Notes: generated from the letters alone by a model not told the origin. A DNA stretch of 32,000 bases from Candidatus Electronema halotolerans (GCA_942493095.1 OW818675.1:3090001-3122000); one strand, 5' to 3'; counted from the stretch's first letter, positions 1 through 9,506 are shown. A program made the numbers and translations.

Positions 1-732
1 GCCAATGCCTTTGGCCAAGGCGGCAACATCTGCGCCGACCGCCTCGCACACGGCAGCAATCTCGTTGATGAAGCTGATCTTCACGGCCAAGAAGGCATTG
101 GCCGCATACTTGGTCAGCTCGGCTGTTTCAACAGAGGTGCTGACAACCGGGGTTTCCCGCAGATAGAGCGGTTTGTAAATCTCCCGCAGCACTTGCTCTG
201 ACCGCTCTGACTCCACGCCGATCACCACCCGGTCTGGGCGCATGAAATCAGCAATGGCCGCGCCTTCACGGAGAAATTCAGGATTGGAGGCCACGTCAAA
301 GTCCGCCTCTGGATTGGCCTCCCGGATGATTCGGGCCACCTGCCGGGCCGTGCCCACCGGCACCGTGCTTTTGTCAACAATCACCGTATAGCCGCGCAGG
401 CTGGCCGCAATTTCCTTGGCTGCCGCATAGATGTAGCTCAGATCAGCGTAGCCGTCACCGCGCCGGGAGGAGGGTGTGCCCACCGCAATAAACACCGCCT
501 CAGCCTCTGGCACCGCTTCCTCCAGCTTGGCCGTGAAACGGAGACGGCCCTCAGCGACATTTTTGGCCACCATGACATCTAAGCCCGGTTCATAGATCGG
601 AATCTGCCCCTGCCGCAGCCGGTCGATCTTATCTTGGATTTTATCCACACAGACCACATCGTGGCCGAATTCAGCAAAACAGGTGCCAGTGACAAGGCCG
701 ACGTAGCCAGTGCCGATCATTGCTATTTTCAT
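1..732 (-). CDS. ugd: UDP-glucose 6-dehydrogenase (nucleotide-sugar dehydrogenase family), 5' part only; the gene runs off the left edge
   Basis: It is absent from the ORF track because no stop codon lies in the window. The reverse complement of 732..1 reads MKIAMIGTGYVGLVTGTCFAEFGHDVVCVDKIQDKIDRLRQGQIPIYEPGLD...NPEFLREGAAIADF... This shows the N-terminal GxGxxG Rossmann motif and the downstream motifs typical of Ugd. The frame is open for all 244 codons. Confidence 0.85.
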   Translation of the reverse strand, partial: MKIAMIGTGYVGLVTGTCFAEFGHDVVCVDKIQDKIDRLRQGQIPIYEPGLDVMVAKNVAEGRLRFTAKLEEAVPEAEAVFIAVGTPSSRRGDGYADLSYIYAAAKEIAASLRGYTVIVDKSTVPVGTARQVARIIREANPEADFDVASNPEFLREGAAIADFMRPDRVVIGVESERSEQVLREIYKPLYLRETPVVSTSVETAELTKYAANAFLAVKISFINEIAAVCEAVGADVAALAKGIG

Positions 733-828
733 CTATACCCTTCCTTTCTTCAGAAGTCTTTTTCACAGTTCAGGAAACACATTCTTCTACCTGAGAATGC
801 TGATGCCGCACCAGTGCTGACAATTCCA

Positions 829-857
829 TTGACACAGCCGTAATCGTGTCTTAATCT
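829..857 (+). promoter_or_regulatory. Candidate sigma70-type promoter for the hydrolase gene
   Basis: TTGACA (829-834), 17 nt, TAATCT (852-857) in the divergent ugd/hydrolase intergenic region, about 115 nt upstream of the ATG at 974. This is a sequence match only. Confidence 0.3.
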
Positions 858-973
858 GCCCGAATAGAGAAGCAGCCTTCCTCTTGTTTTCCCGTTTCAC
901 AAGAGAATCAGCATGAGCACGAGACAATGGCGGTCTCAAGCGCAGCAGGCCGCAATACGCAATATAATTGATT

Positions 974-1804
974 ATGCCTGACATAACACCAAGACTGCCT
1001 GCGACAGATTGGAGCAGCGGAATGCGGCGGCACTGGCTGAACAACGACCCGTCAGCCACCCATGTATTCAACGCCTGCTCGCTGATGGTTCCTCAGGCGG
1101 AGCGTTTCTTTATCAACGCAGTCCGCAACATGATGCAGATGCAATGCGCAAACCAGCTCCCGGCGGACTTGAACCGCTCAGTCAAGGATTTTCTCGCCCA
1201 AGAGGCCGTCCATACCAGCCAGCATCGTCAGTGCAATGCCATTCTGGAATCCTTTGGCTGGACAAGCCGCGCCCAGCAGGCAGCAAACTGGTTTGCGAAT
1301 CAGGCGCAGCAACGCATTTCACCGCTGAATCAGCTGGCCTTGGTCTGCGGCTGCGAGCACTGGACAGCAGTCATCGGCCTGCACCTGCTGGAAAAACCGC
1401 AGATTCTGGCTGCTGCTGACAGCGGCGTGGCTCTGCTCTGGAGCTGGCACGCAGCTGAGGAAATTGAGCACAGAGCCGTCTGCTTTGATCTGTATTTGGC
1501 AGTCGGCGGCGGATGGTTGCGGCGGGTTCTCGCCCTGCCGCTGGTAACTGCTGTCTGCGCTGTCATCTATTTTTGGCTGCTTTTTTCCCTGCTGCGGCAG
1601 GATGGCTGCCTGCGTCCCAGCAGACTCATGGCCACGCTGCGCAGCCTGTTCCGTTTTTTTTTCGGCCAAGCTGGCATGGCTTGGGCAGTCTTGCGCTCCG
1701 GCCTGGCGTGGCTGCGCCCCAGCTTTCATCCAGGCTGCGAGGAGCGCATACCGGTGCTGGAACAGTGGATAAACCAGCATCAGGACCAATTTCGCGGAGT
1801 TTAA
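974..1804 (+). CDS. Predicted metal-dependent hydrolase (PF10118-like), with a hydrophobic C-terminal half
   Basis: The ORF track gives 968..1804 with a TTG start. The ATG at 974 gives MPDITPRLP... The motifs HWLNNDP, QEAVHTSQH and WHAAEEIEH resemble the 'predicted metal-dependent hydrolase' family. I recalled that family from memory and did not search for it. Confidence 0.7.
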   Translation: MPDITPRLPATDWSSGMRRHWLNNDPSATHVFNACSLMVPQAERFFINAVRNMMQMQCANQLPADLNRSVKDFLAQEAVHTSQHRQCNAILESFGWTSRAQQAANWFANQAQQRISPLNQLALVCGCEHWTAVIGLHLLEKPQILAAADSGVALLWSWHAAEEIEHRAVCFDLYLAVGGGWLRRVLALPLVTAVCAVIYFWLLFSLLRQDGCLRPSRLMATLRSLFRFFFGQAGMAWAVLRSGLAWLRPSFHPGCEERIPVLEQWINQHQDQFRGV

Positions 1805-1830
1805 GAAACTGCGCAGGCTGCTGACCTGAG

Positions 1831-2517
1831 TCAGCTTCTTTCCCCAAAAATCGCCGTGCCGATGCGGATCATGGTTGCCCCTTCCTCAACAGCGACGACA
1901 AAATCTCCAGACAAGCCCATTGACAACTCCACTGCGCTGTTGTCATAAAACAGCTCCTCTTCGGCCAACTGCACGGAAAGCTGCTTCACGGTGCGGAACC
2001 AGAGACGGCTTTTCTCTGGTTCGTGGTCATAAGGCGGCATGGTCATCAGGCCACGCACCCGCAGATGGGCCAGCGGCTGCATGTCCCGGAGCAGCTCTTC
2101 AGTGTTCTCCGGCAGTGCCCCGGATTTCTGCGGCTCCTTGCCCACATTGACTTGGACCAGCACATCCAGGTGCTTGCCGAGCTGTTCGGCATGACTGTTC
2201 AAGGCGGCAGCGATTTTCAGCCGGTCAACAGTCTGAATCATCTGAAACAGCTCAACAGCTGCGGCAGCCTTGTTGCTCTGCAAATGGCCGATAAAATGCC
2301 ATTCCAACGGCTCTGCCGCCTGGCTGATTTTTTCCGCTGCCTCTTGGAGATAGTTTTCCCCAAACATAATCTGGCCGCAGGAATGCGCCGCTGCCACCCG
2401 GGCAGCGGAAACATGCTTGGACACAGCCACTATTTTCACTGCATCAGGATTTCTGCCAGTGCGCAAAGCCGCTTCACGGACCGTGCTGCGAATCTGCTCT
2501 ATATTGTCACAAATCAT
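1831..2517 (-). CDS. yggS: YggS-family pyridoxal-phosphate homeostasis protein
   Basis: 228 aa. Motifs AVSKHV (PLP lysine), FGENYLQEA, WHFIGHLQSNK and GLMTMPP, plus the length, are typical of YggS/PROSC. Confidence 0.9.
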   Translation of the reverse strand: MICDNIEQIRSTVREAALRTGRNPDAVKIVAVSKHVSAARVAAAHSCGQIMFGENYLQEAAEKISQAAEPLEWHFIGHLQSNKAAAAVELFQMIQTVDRLKIAAALNSHAEQLGKHLDVLVQVNVGKEPQKSGALPENTEELLRDMQPLAHLRVRGLMTMPPYDHEPEKSRLWFRTVKQLSVQLAEEELFYDNSAVELSMGLSGDFVVAVEEGATMIRIGTAIFGERS

Positions 2518-2535
2518 AGCTGCATCTCTAAAAAA

Positions 2536-3942
2536 TCAGTTCGCCCTGCCATAGACATCATCAAAGCGGACAATGTCATCCTCGCCCAGATAGCTGCCGA
2601 TCTGAATCTCGATCAGCTCCAGTGGAATCACGCCGGGATTTTCCAGTCGATGGACCGTGCCGAGCGGAATATAAGTTGACTCGTCCTCGCGAAGCAGCAG
2701 GCTTTGGCCGCCGTTTTCCACCTTGGCCGTGCCGCGCACCACCACCCAGTGCTCGTGGCGATGATGGTGCATCTGCGAGGAAAGCCGGGCACCGGGGGCA
2801 ACAGTGATCCGCTTGATCTGAAAGCGGTCATGCAGCTCCAAAGTGGTGTAGCTGCCCCAAGGCCGATACACGGTGCAATGACTACGAAATTCGTCCCGCT
2901 GCTTTTCTTTGAGTTGATTGACAATCTTCTTGATGTCCTGCGAGCGGTTCAGCGGCGCAATCAGCACTGCGTCCGCTGTCTCGACCACCAAGGTGTCGCG
3001 CAGGCCGACTGCGGCCACCAGCTTATGTTCTGCACGAATCAGACAGTTGGCCGCATCCTCCAGCAGCACGTCGCCGCTGACCACATTGCCTTGCGCATCC
3101 TTGTCCGCCACCTCGTGCAGCGCGCTCCAAGAGCCAATGTCGCTCCAGCCAAAATCCGCCTCCACTGCCGCCGCGCAGGCGGTCTTCTCCATCAGGGCAT
3201 AATCCACAGACTTGGCAGGCGATTGCTGCATGGCTTGTTCATCAAAGCGGAAAAAAACGCCGTCCTTGCGGCCCTGCTTCACCGCCGTTTCCATGCAGCG
3301 AAGAATTTCCGGGGCATGAGCACGGAACTCAGCCAGCAGCTTGTCTGCCGGGAAGGCGAACATGCCGCTGTTCCAAAGCCAGCCGCCTTGGGCAAGATAC
3401 TGCTCTGCTGTGGCTGAATCAGGCTTCTCGACAAAGGATTCCACTGAGCCGTCCGCAGCCCGGCGGATGTAGCCGTAGCCAGTTTCAGGCCGATCCGGGA
3501 TGATGCCAAAGGTGGTCAGCCAGCCCTGTTCCGCCTGAGCACTTGCTCTGGCCACAGCCTGAACAAAATCATCAGGCCGGGCAATGAGGTGATCCGCAGG
3601 CAGAACTAAGAGCAGGATGTCCTCCTGTGCCTGCTGGCGGAGATGCAGGGCCGCGCCGCAGACTGCCGGTGCCGTGTCCTTGCCCAGCGGCTCCAAAAGA
3701 ATCTGATAATCAGCAAAAAGATGCAGCTCCTCAACTTGGCTCTTGGTGAGAAAGCGGTGCTCCTCGCCGACCACAATCACCGGCGGCAGCACTTCCGGCA
3801 GCAGGCTGACCCGGAGCAAGGTGGTCTGGAGCAGGGAATGCTCGCCAATCAGACAGAGCAGCTGCTTGGGGTACAGCTCGCGGGAAAGCGGCCAGAGACG
3901 GGTGCCGGTGCCGCCGGCAAGAATAACAGGCTGGATGCGCAT
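2536..3942 (-). CDS. manC: Bifunctional mannose-1-phosphate guanylyltransferase / mannose-6-phosphate isomerase
   Basis: 468 aa. The N-terminus is MRIQPVILAGGTGTRLWPLSRELYPKQ (the nucleotidyltransferase G-rich loop). The C-terminal cupin region contains SSQMHHHRHEHWVVVRGTA. Length and order match ManC/CpsB/XanB. Confidence 0.9.
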   Translation of the reverse strand: MRIQPVILAGGTGTRLWPLSRELYPKQLLCLIGEHSLLQTTLLRVSLLPEVLPPVIVVGEEHRFLTKSQVEELHLFADYQILLEPLGKDTAPAVCGAALHLRQQAQEDILLLVLPADHLIARPDDFVQAVARASAQAEQGWLTTFGIIPDRPETGYGYIRRAADGSVESFVEKPDSATAEQYLAQGGWLWNSGMFAFPADKLLAEFRAHAPEILRCMETAVKQGRKDGVFFRFDEQAMQQSPAKSVDYALMEKTACAAAVEADFGWSDIGSWSALHEVADKDAQGNVVSGDVLLEDAANCLIRAEHKLVAAVGLRDTLVVETADAVLIAPLNRSQDIKKIVNQLKEKQRDEFRSHCTVYRPWGSYTTLELHDRFQIKRITVAPGARLSSQMHHHRHEHWVVVRGTAKVENGGQSLLLREDESTYIPLGTVHRLENPGVIPLELIEIQIGSYLGEDDIVRFDDVYGRAN

Positions 3943-3954
3943 GATGGCTTGTAA

Positions 3955-4554
3955 TTATTCAGTAATGCTCTTGAACTGCTTGAAGAGAATCAATCCGCCC
4001 CATGCCAGGGCCGCGCACATCAGGAGAACAGCAAGCAGATGGCTGGCTTGGGCAATGGCCGTGTCCTGCTGGCGCAGGCCGGTCTCGGTGAGCAGGTATT
4101 CCCAGTCATGAAAGCCATAAGGTGAACTTTGGCCCGTGTTGCCGCCGAGCAGGGGCAGGACTCCGGCTCGCGCATCATTGATGTACGGGGCAATGTCAGC
4201 AAAATTCTGGCCAAACCACCAGAAGCAGACGCTTGCGCCAAAAGCATCGCGGGTGCGGAGCAGGAGCGTGATCAGGCAGATCAGCGGCATGAGCAGCTGG
4301 CCCAAGGTGCCGCCCAGCGAGTGCAGAAAGCTGCCGCCAATTTGAAAAAAAACATGGCCTGCCTCGTGAAAGGGCAGGTTCACCAGATGGAAAAATCGTT
4401 CGCCGAGATAGCCAGTATAGCCTGCCTTTTTTCCAGCAGCGGCAATGGAGATTGTGCAGACCACGAGACAGAGCAGAAGCAGGCTGCGGGCGGCGGCGGC
4501 CAGCCAAGAGGTTTCTAGCTGATCAGGAAAAAGGATCTCCAGCAATTTGTTCAT
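3955..4554 (-). CDS. Hypothetical integral membrane protein with an HEXXH motif (HEAGH); possible zinc metalloprotease
   Basis: 199 aa with several hydrophobic segments and the motif PFHEAGHVFF. It lies 12-15 nt from its neighbours on both sides in the greA-manC gene string. I did not recognise the family. Confidence 0.65.
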   Translation of the reverse strand: MNKLLEILFPDQLETSWLAAAARSLLLLCLVVCTISIAAAGKKAGYTGYLGERFFHLVNLPFHEAGHVFFQIGGSFLHSLGGTLGQLLMPLICLITLLLRTRDAFGASVCFWWFGQNFADIAPYINDARAGVLPLLGGNTGQSSPYGFHDWEYLLTETGLRQQDTAIAQASHLLAVLLMCAALAWGGLILFKQFKSITE

Positions 4555-4569
4555 GGAATCAGGAGCATT

Positions 4570-5055
4570 TCAGCAGAAGGTTCCGGCCTGAATGTCGATC
4601 ACCTCGAATTCGCGCAGACCGCCCGGTGTTTTGACCTGCACCTCATCGCCCACCGCCTTGCCCAGAATGGAGCGTCCCAGCGGCGCAAGCACTGAGATGG
4701 AGCCGCTTTTCACATCCGCCTCTTCCGGCCCCAAGAGCTGGTAGGTGACTTCCTCATCCGTGTCCATGTCCATCAGTTTGATAACTGTGCCGAAAACAGC
4801 CCGCGCTGTGCTGACTTTGGTGCAGTCAATCACTTCAGCGCGACTCGTTTTATCTTTCAGCTCCAGTATCCGGCCCTCAATCAGGCTCTGCCGCTCCTTG
4901 GCCGCATGATACTCGGCATTCTCGCTCAGATCGCCATGAGCGCGGGCTGTCTCAATCGCCTTGACCACGTCGGGCCGTTCTGTTTTTTCCAGCCGCTCCA
5001 GTTCTTTTTTGAGCTGGAGGAATCCTTTCTTGGACATGGGGATGCGTTCAACCAT
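4570..5055 (-). CDS. greA: Transcription elongation factor GreA
   Basis: 161 aa. MVERIPMSKKGFLQLKKELERL...AHGDLSENAEYHAAKERQ aligns by eye with the conserved GreA N-terminal coiled coil (IPMT..G...L..EL, GDLxENAEYHAAK). Confidence 0.95.
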   Translation of the reverse strand: MVERIPMSKKGFLQLKKELERLEKTERPDVVKAIETARAHGDLSENAEYHAAKERQSLIEGRILELKDKTSRAEVIDCTKVSTARAVFGTVIKLMDMDTDEEVTYQLLGPEEADVKSGSISVLAPLGRSILGKAVGDEVQVKTPGGLREFEVIDIQAGTFC

Positions 5056-5088
5056 GATGCGGCACTCTTTCTCGTTCGTTTGTTGCGG

Positions 5089-5130
5089 AAGAAAATAAAA
5101 TTCCTGTCGTCGGAAAGGCGGCGGCAGGAA
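5089..5130 (-). terminator. Hairpin plus U-tract between the aminotransferase gene and greA (intrinsic terminator or greA-leader attenuator)
   Basis: The minus-strand RNA is UUCCUGCCGCCG-CCUUUC-CGACGACAGGAA followed by UUUUAUUUUCUU. Ten of 12 stem positions pair, with two C.A mismatches. The U-tract ends 33 nt before the greA ATG. Confidence 0.4.
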
Positions 5131-5151
5131 AACTGTCTTGTTTAATCAGGT

Positions 5152-6339
5152 TCAGGAGCGGTAAAAGTCTGCAATGACTTGGACGGCATATTCCTGCTGT
5201 GCCCGGCTCAGTTCAGGATAGATGGGCAGGGCCAAGGAATCTTGAGCCGCCTGCTCGGCTATCGGCAGGGACAGCCCGTTGCAGCCATGCTGTTTCATGC
5301 AGTCCTGCTTGTGCAGGCAAACCGGGTAATAGACCTCGCAGCCCACGCCCTGCTCGTGCATAAGCTGGCGCAGGGCATCACGGCGCGGGGCACGGATGAC
5401 AAACTGGTTGTAAATATGGTGATGATGCGCAGCCGCTTCCGGGCTGGCCGCATGAACCGCCTTGGGCAAAATCACTGGATTGTCTGTCAGACCGGCTTGG
5501 GCGAACAGCTCGTGATAGGCTTGACTGTTGGCTTGCCGCTGCCGGTGCCATTGCTCCAGATGGGGCAGCTTGACGCTGAGAACCGCAGCCTGAATGGGAT
5601 CAAGGCGGAAGTTGCCGCCAATTTTGGCGTGATAGTATTTCGGCTTGGCTCCGTGATTGCGATAGCAGCGCAGGGTCTCAGCAAAGCTGCTGTCCGAGGT
5701 GACAATCATGCCGCCGTCGCCAAGACAGCCAAGATTCTTTGACGGAAAAAAGGAGAAACAGCCTGCCAGCCCCATTGCCCCAGCCCTGCGCCAGACCGTG
5801 CTGCCGTCCTGCGCCAGCATGGGATATTCCGCGCCGATTGCCTGGGCTGCATCCTCAATCACCGGGATGTTATATTGCTCGGCCAAAGCCATGATCCGGC
5901 TCATGTTCGCGCACTGACCAAAGAGATGCACCGGAATAATAGCTTTGATCTTCCGGCCCTGCTTGGCATCTTCTGCCAGAATCTCAGCCATCTGCTCAGG
6001 GTCAATATTGAAAGTGTCCGCTTCAATATCCGCAAAGACCGGCTGCGCCCCAACTCGAAGAATGGCCCCGACCGTGGCAAAAAAGCTGTAAGGCGTGGTC
6101 AGCACCTGATCGCCCGGCCCGATTTCTAAAGCCATCAAGGCGGCCAGCAGGGCATCCGTGCCGCTCGACACGCCAATGCCCGCGCCCGCGCTGCAATAGG
6201 CTGCGACTTCCTCTTCCAGCTTCACGACCTTGGGGCCGAGAATGTAGCGGGTCGAGTCGATAACTTCAGTGACAGCGTGGAGGATTTCCTCACGAAGGGC
6301 CGCAATCTGCGGGTGCAGGTCTAACAGGGGAACGTTCAT
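5152..6339 (-). CDS. DegT/DnrJ/EryC1/StrS-family PLP-dependent sugar aminotransferase
   Basis: 395 aa. MNVPLLDLHPQ..., GVSSGTDALLAALMAL, IIPVHLFGQ and FSFFPSKNLG (PLP lysine context) are typical of this family. Confidence 0.9.
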   Translation of the reverse strand: MNVPLLDLHPQIAALREEILHAVTEVIDSTRYILGPKVVKLEEEVAAYCSAGAGIGVSSGTDALLAALMALEIGPGDQVLTTPYSFFATVGAILRVGAQPVFADIEADTFNIDPEQMAEILAEDAKQGRKIKAIIPVHLFGQCANMSRIMALAEQYNIPVIEDAAQAIGAEYPMLAQDGSTVWRRAGAMGLAGCFSFFPSKNLGCLGDGGMIVTSDSSFAETLRCYRNHGAKPKYYHAKIGGNFRLDPIQAAVLSVKLPHLEQWHRQRQANSQAYHELFAQAGLTDNPVILPKAVHAASPEAAAHHHHIYNQFVIRAPRRDALRQLMHEQGVGCEVYYPVCLHKQDCMKQHGCNGLSLPIAEQAAQDSLALPIYPELSRAQQEYAVQVIADFYRS

Positions 6340-6360
6340 TGTCGGCTTATGATAGAAGGT

Positions 6361-7362
6361 TCAGTGGAACTCTGCGCTGACTGAATCAGCCTGCCCGGCG
6401 GCAAGAAAGTCGCGGGCATCAGGCAGTTCTTTTTCAAATATGTCTTTCAGCTTTTTCAAGAGATTGGCCTCAATTTGCCGGACCCGCTCCCGCGAAATCT
6501 GAAAGCGGTCAGCAATGGTCTGGAGAGTCTCCGGCTCATCACTGAGCAGGCGGCTGTTGAGTATCAGCAGCTCTTTTTCATTGAGCATCCCTTCGATCTC
6601 GTTGAGAAGATTGAAGACCCGGTCGCGAATTTCATGACCGGCCACAATATCCTCAACCGCCGGGCCGCTGGCTGGATAGAAATTTTTTTGCTCGTCCTCT
6701 GAATCGCCCAGCACCGGAGCTTCCAAGGAGACTTCCCAGCTGTCCATACGCTGGCCCATCTCCACCACTTCGCTTTCCTTGACCTGAAGACGCTGGGCCA
6801 GCAGCTTGACATCCGGCTTGAAGCCTTGCGCCTCCAACAGCTTTTTTTCCTTATTCAGGCTGAAAAAGAGCCGCCGCTGGTTCTGGGTGGTGCCAATCTT
6901 CACCAGCCGCCAGTTGTCCATGATGAACTTGAGGATATAGGCCCGAATCCAATAGGCAGCATAATACGAGAACTTGACCCCCCGGTAGGGATCAAATTTT
7001 TTGGTCGCCTGCACCAGCCCGACATTGCCTTCCTGGACCAAGTCCATGAAGTTCTGCATCCAGTATTTCTGGAAATCCATGGCCACCTTGACCACCAGCC
7101 GCAGGTTGGAGGAAACCAAACGGTAGGCCGCCTCCGGGTCGCCGGTTTCGCGGAAGCGGATGGACAGCTCCTCGGTCTCCTCGCGGGAAAGCAGCTCGTA
7201 CTGGCTGATCTCCTGCAAATAGCGGTGCAGGGCCGGGTTGCTGACCGCAGGGAGCTGCTCGTCCGCAGGGGACGCAACCAGCATCACAGGGTGGTAAACC
7301 TGCTTCTCCTTCAGTTCTGCCTCAACAATGTTGTTTTCCTTGTTTTCGCTCATAAACGGCAC
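6361..7362 (-). CDS. rpoH: RNA polymerase sigma-70-family factor, RpoH (sigma-32)-like
   Basis: 333 aa. Region 2 reads LVQEGNVGLVQATKKFDPYRGVKFSYYAAYWIRAYI. It is followed by an RpoH-box-like QNQRRLFFSLNKEK (E. coli: QRKLFFNLRK) and region 4 QISRERVRQIE. The track start at 7362 is GTG. An ATG three codons downstream (7353) is equally possible. Confidence 0.85.
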   Translation of the reverse strand: MPFMSENKENNIVEAELKEKQVYHPVMLVASPADEQLPAVSNPALHRYLQEISQYELLSREETEELSIRFRETGDPEAAYRLVSSNLRLVVKVAMDFQKYWMQNFMDLVQEGNVGLVQATKKFDPYRGVKFSYYAAYWIRAYILKFIMDNWRLVKIGTTQNQRRLFFSLNKEKKLLEAQGFKPDVKLLAQRLQVKESEVVEMGQRMDSWEVSLEAPVLGDSEDEQKNFYPASGPAVEDIVAGHEIRDRVFNLLNEIEGMLNEKELLILNSRLLSDEPETLQTIADRFQISRERVRQIEANLLKKLKDIFEKELPDARDFLAAGQADSVSAEFH

Positions 7363-7457
7363 CGTGTTCGGCAGGAAAGCCTGATGGAGCCAGCTTACCG
7401 CATTCTGCTGAAAAAATCACGCAATACAAAGGAAAAACCTGAGCCGCACTGTATTGC

Positions 7458-7486
7458 TTGAAAAAGTTTACAATTCATTATATTTA
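7458..7486 (+). promoter_or_regulatory. Candidate sigma70-type promoter for lepA
   Basis: TTGAAA (7458-7463), 17 nt, TATTTA (7481-7486) in an AT-rich stretch about 60 nt upstream of the lepA ATG. This is a sequence match only. Confidence 0.3.
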
Positions 7487-7545
7487 TACAACCCTGTTCT
7501 TCAGGGATTCAAAGTAAACCTTTTTCAACCAACATACAAGCAAAT

Positions 7546-9339
7546 ATGAAAAATATACGGAATTTCAGCGTCATTGCCCATATCGACCACGGCAAGTCAA
7601 CCTTGTCCGACCGGATGATTCAGCTCTGCGGCCTGGTCACAGCACGGGAGTTCAAGGACCAGCTCTTGGACAACATGGACATTGAACGCGAGCGCGGCAT
7701 CACCATCAAGAGCCAGACCATCTGCATGCCCTACAAGGCCAAGGACGGCCAGCAGTATTACCTGAATTTGGTTGACACGCCCGGCCACGTGGATTTCAGC
7801 TACGAGGTCTCCCGTGCTTTAGCAGCCTGCGAGGGCGCGCTGCTGCTGGTGGATGCGGCCCAAGGCGTGGAGGCCCAGACCTTGGCCAACCTCTACTTGG
7901 CGATGGAGAACGACTTGGAGATCATCCCGGTGATCAACAAGATCGACCTGCCTGCGGCTGAACCGGAAAAGGTGGCTGAAGAGATCAGTCATGACTTGGG
8001 CTTGGGATCGGACACCATCCAGCTCTGCTCGGCTAAGACGGGCAAAGGTGTTGAGGACATACTTGAGGCTATCGTCCAGCACCTGCCGCCGCCCAAAGGC
8101 GACCCCAATGCGCCGCTGGAAGCTCTGATTTTTGATGCCAACTATGATGCCTACCGGGGCACGGTCATCTCGGTGCGGATTGTCAACGGCACCATCCGCA
8201 CTGGCGACCTGATCACCTTTATGCACAATAAGTCCGAGTACCGCGTCGAGGAATTGGGCCAGTACCTGCTCGTTCGCACCCCGCGTGAGAGCCTGAGCGC
8301 AGGTCAGATCGGCTACATCATTGCGGGCGTGAAAACCGTTGCTGACACCAAGCCTGGCGACACCATCACCCATAAAGCCGCACCCTGCCCAAAGGCACTG
8401 CCCGGCTTCAAGGAGGCCCAGCAGGTGGTCTTCTCCTCAATATATCCCATTTCTGCGGACGACTACGAGGACTTAGCCACGGCTTTGGAAAAGCTCCAGC
8501 TCAACGATGCGGCCCTGACCTTTCAGAAGGACTCATCCGCCGCACTTGGCTTCGGCTTCCGCTGCGGCTTCCTTGGCCTGCTCCACTTGGAAGTAGTGCA
8601 GGAGCGGATTGAGCGCGAGTTTGACATCTCGATCATTCTGACCGTGCCTTCTGTGCGCTATGCCGTGTATCTCCAGAACGGCGTGGAGAAGATGATCGAC
8701 AACCCTTCGTTTTTTCCTGATCCCGGCTCGATTGAGCGGATTGAGGAGCCGTACATCAAGGCCACGATTCTCATCCCTGACCGCTACATGGGCACCTTGA
8801 TGACCCTCTGCATGGAACGGCGCGGCGAGAATATCCACTACCATTATCCCACACCGGGCCGAATTGAGATGACTTGCGAGCTGCCGCTGGCCGAGGTGAT
8901 TTATGACTTCTACGACAAGCTCAAGTCCATCACTCAAGGCTATGGTTCCTTTGATTATGAACTGCTGGATTACCGGCCCAGTGATCTGGTCAAGCTGGAT
9001 ATTTTGGTCAATGGCGAACGGGTGGATGCGCTCTCTCAGCTCACCCATCGGCAGCGTTCTCGCGAGCGCGGCCTCAAGGCGTGCGAAAGCCTCAAGGACG
9101 AGATTCCCCGGCAGATGTTCAAGATTGCTATTCAGGCGGCCATTGGCGGCAACGTCATTGCCCGGACAAACATCTCGGCCATGCGCAAGGATGTCACGGC
9201 CAAATGCTATGGCGGCGACATCAGCCGCAAGCGCAAGTTGTTGGAAAAGCAGAAGGCGGGTAAGAAGCGGATGAAGACTGTCGGCAATGTCGATATTCCG
9301 CAGTCGGCGTTTCTGTCGGTGTTGAAGTCAGAGCAGTAA
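7546..9339 (+). CDS. lepA: Translation elongation factor 4 (LepA)
   Basis: 597 aa. It contains NFSVIAHIDHGKSTLSDR (G1), DTPGHVDF (G3), NKIDL (G4) and the LepA-specific C-terminal domain (...CYGGDISRKRKLLEKQKAGKKRMK). Confidence 0.97.
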   Translation: MKNIRNFSVIAHIDHGKSTLSDRMIQLCGLVTAREFKDQLLDNMDIERERGITIKSQTICMPYKAKDGQQYYLNLVDTPGHVDFSYEVSRALAACEGALLLVDAAQGVEAQTLANLYLAMENDLEIIPVINKIDLPAAEPEKVAEEISHDLGLGSDTIQLCSAKTGKGVEDILEAIVQHLPPPKGDPNAPLEALIFDANYDAYRGTVISVRIVNGTIRTGDLITFMHNKSEYRVEELGQYLLVRTPRESLSAGQIGYIIAGVKTVADTKPGDTITHKAAPCPKALPGFKEAQQVVFSSIYPISADDYEDLATALEKLQLNDAALTFQKDSSAALGFGFRCGFLGLLHLEVVQERIEREFDISIILTVPSVRYAVYLQNGVEKMIDNPSFFPDPGSIERIEEPYIKATILIPDRYMGTLMTLCMERRGENIHYHYPTPGRIEMTCELPLAEVIYDFYDKLKSITQGYGSFDYELLDYRPSDLVKLDILVNGERVDALSQLTHRQRSRERGLKACESLKDEIPRQMFKIAIQAAIGGNVIARTNISAMRKDVTAKCYGGDISRKRKLLEKQKAGKKRMKTVGNVDIPQSAFLSVLKSEQ

Positions 9340-9506
9340 TATGAACAGGCCGTTTTTCGCCGGGCGTATGGCAGATATTGCCCGGCTCATGGCTTTGGCA
9401 GGGTAGGCTTTTGTTTGGAAAGGATGCGTACAGGAAAAGGGATTTTTTTGCAGGAGTATGGTAAGAATGCGCTAAACAATGCTCGCCGTTTTCGCTCACA
9501 TCCGCA

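Noticed and set aside
913-981. A 22-codon uORF (MSTRQWRSQAQQAAIRNIIDYA*) overlapping the hydrolase start (ATGCCTGA).
   Set aside because: It has no SD and no recognisable leader-peptide logic. It is likely a chance ORF in the 5' UTR.
1820-1835. A small hairpin GCTGAC-CTGA-GTCAGC followed by TTCTTT, between the convergent hydrolase and yggS genes.
   Set aside because: The stem is only 6 bp and overlaps the yggS stop codon. It is plausible as a weak bidirectional terminator but not supportable from sequence alone.
9359-9386. A hairpin GCCGGGC-N14-GCCCGGC 20 nt after the lepA stop, as a possible terminator.
   Set aside because: The stem is only 7 bp, the loop is a large 14 nt and no U-tract follows. 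That is too weak to annotate.
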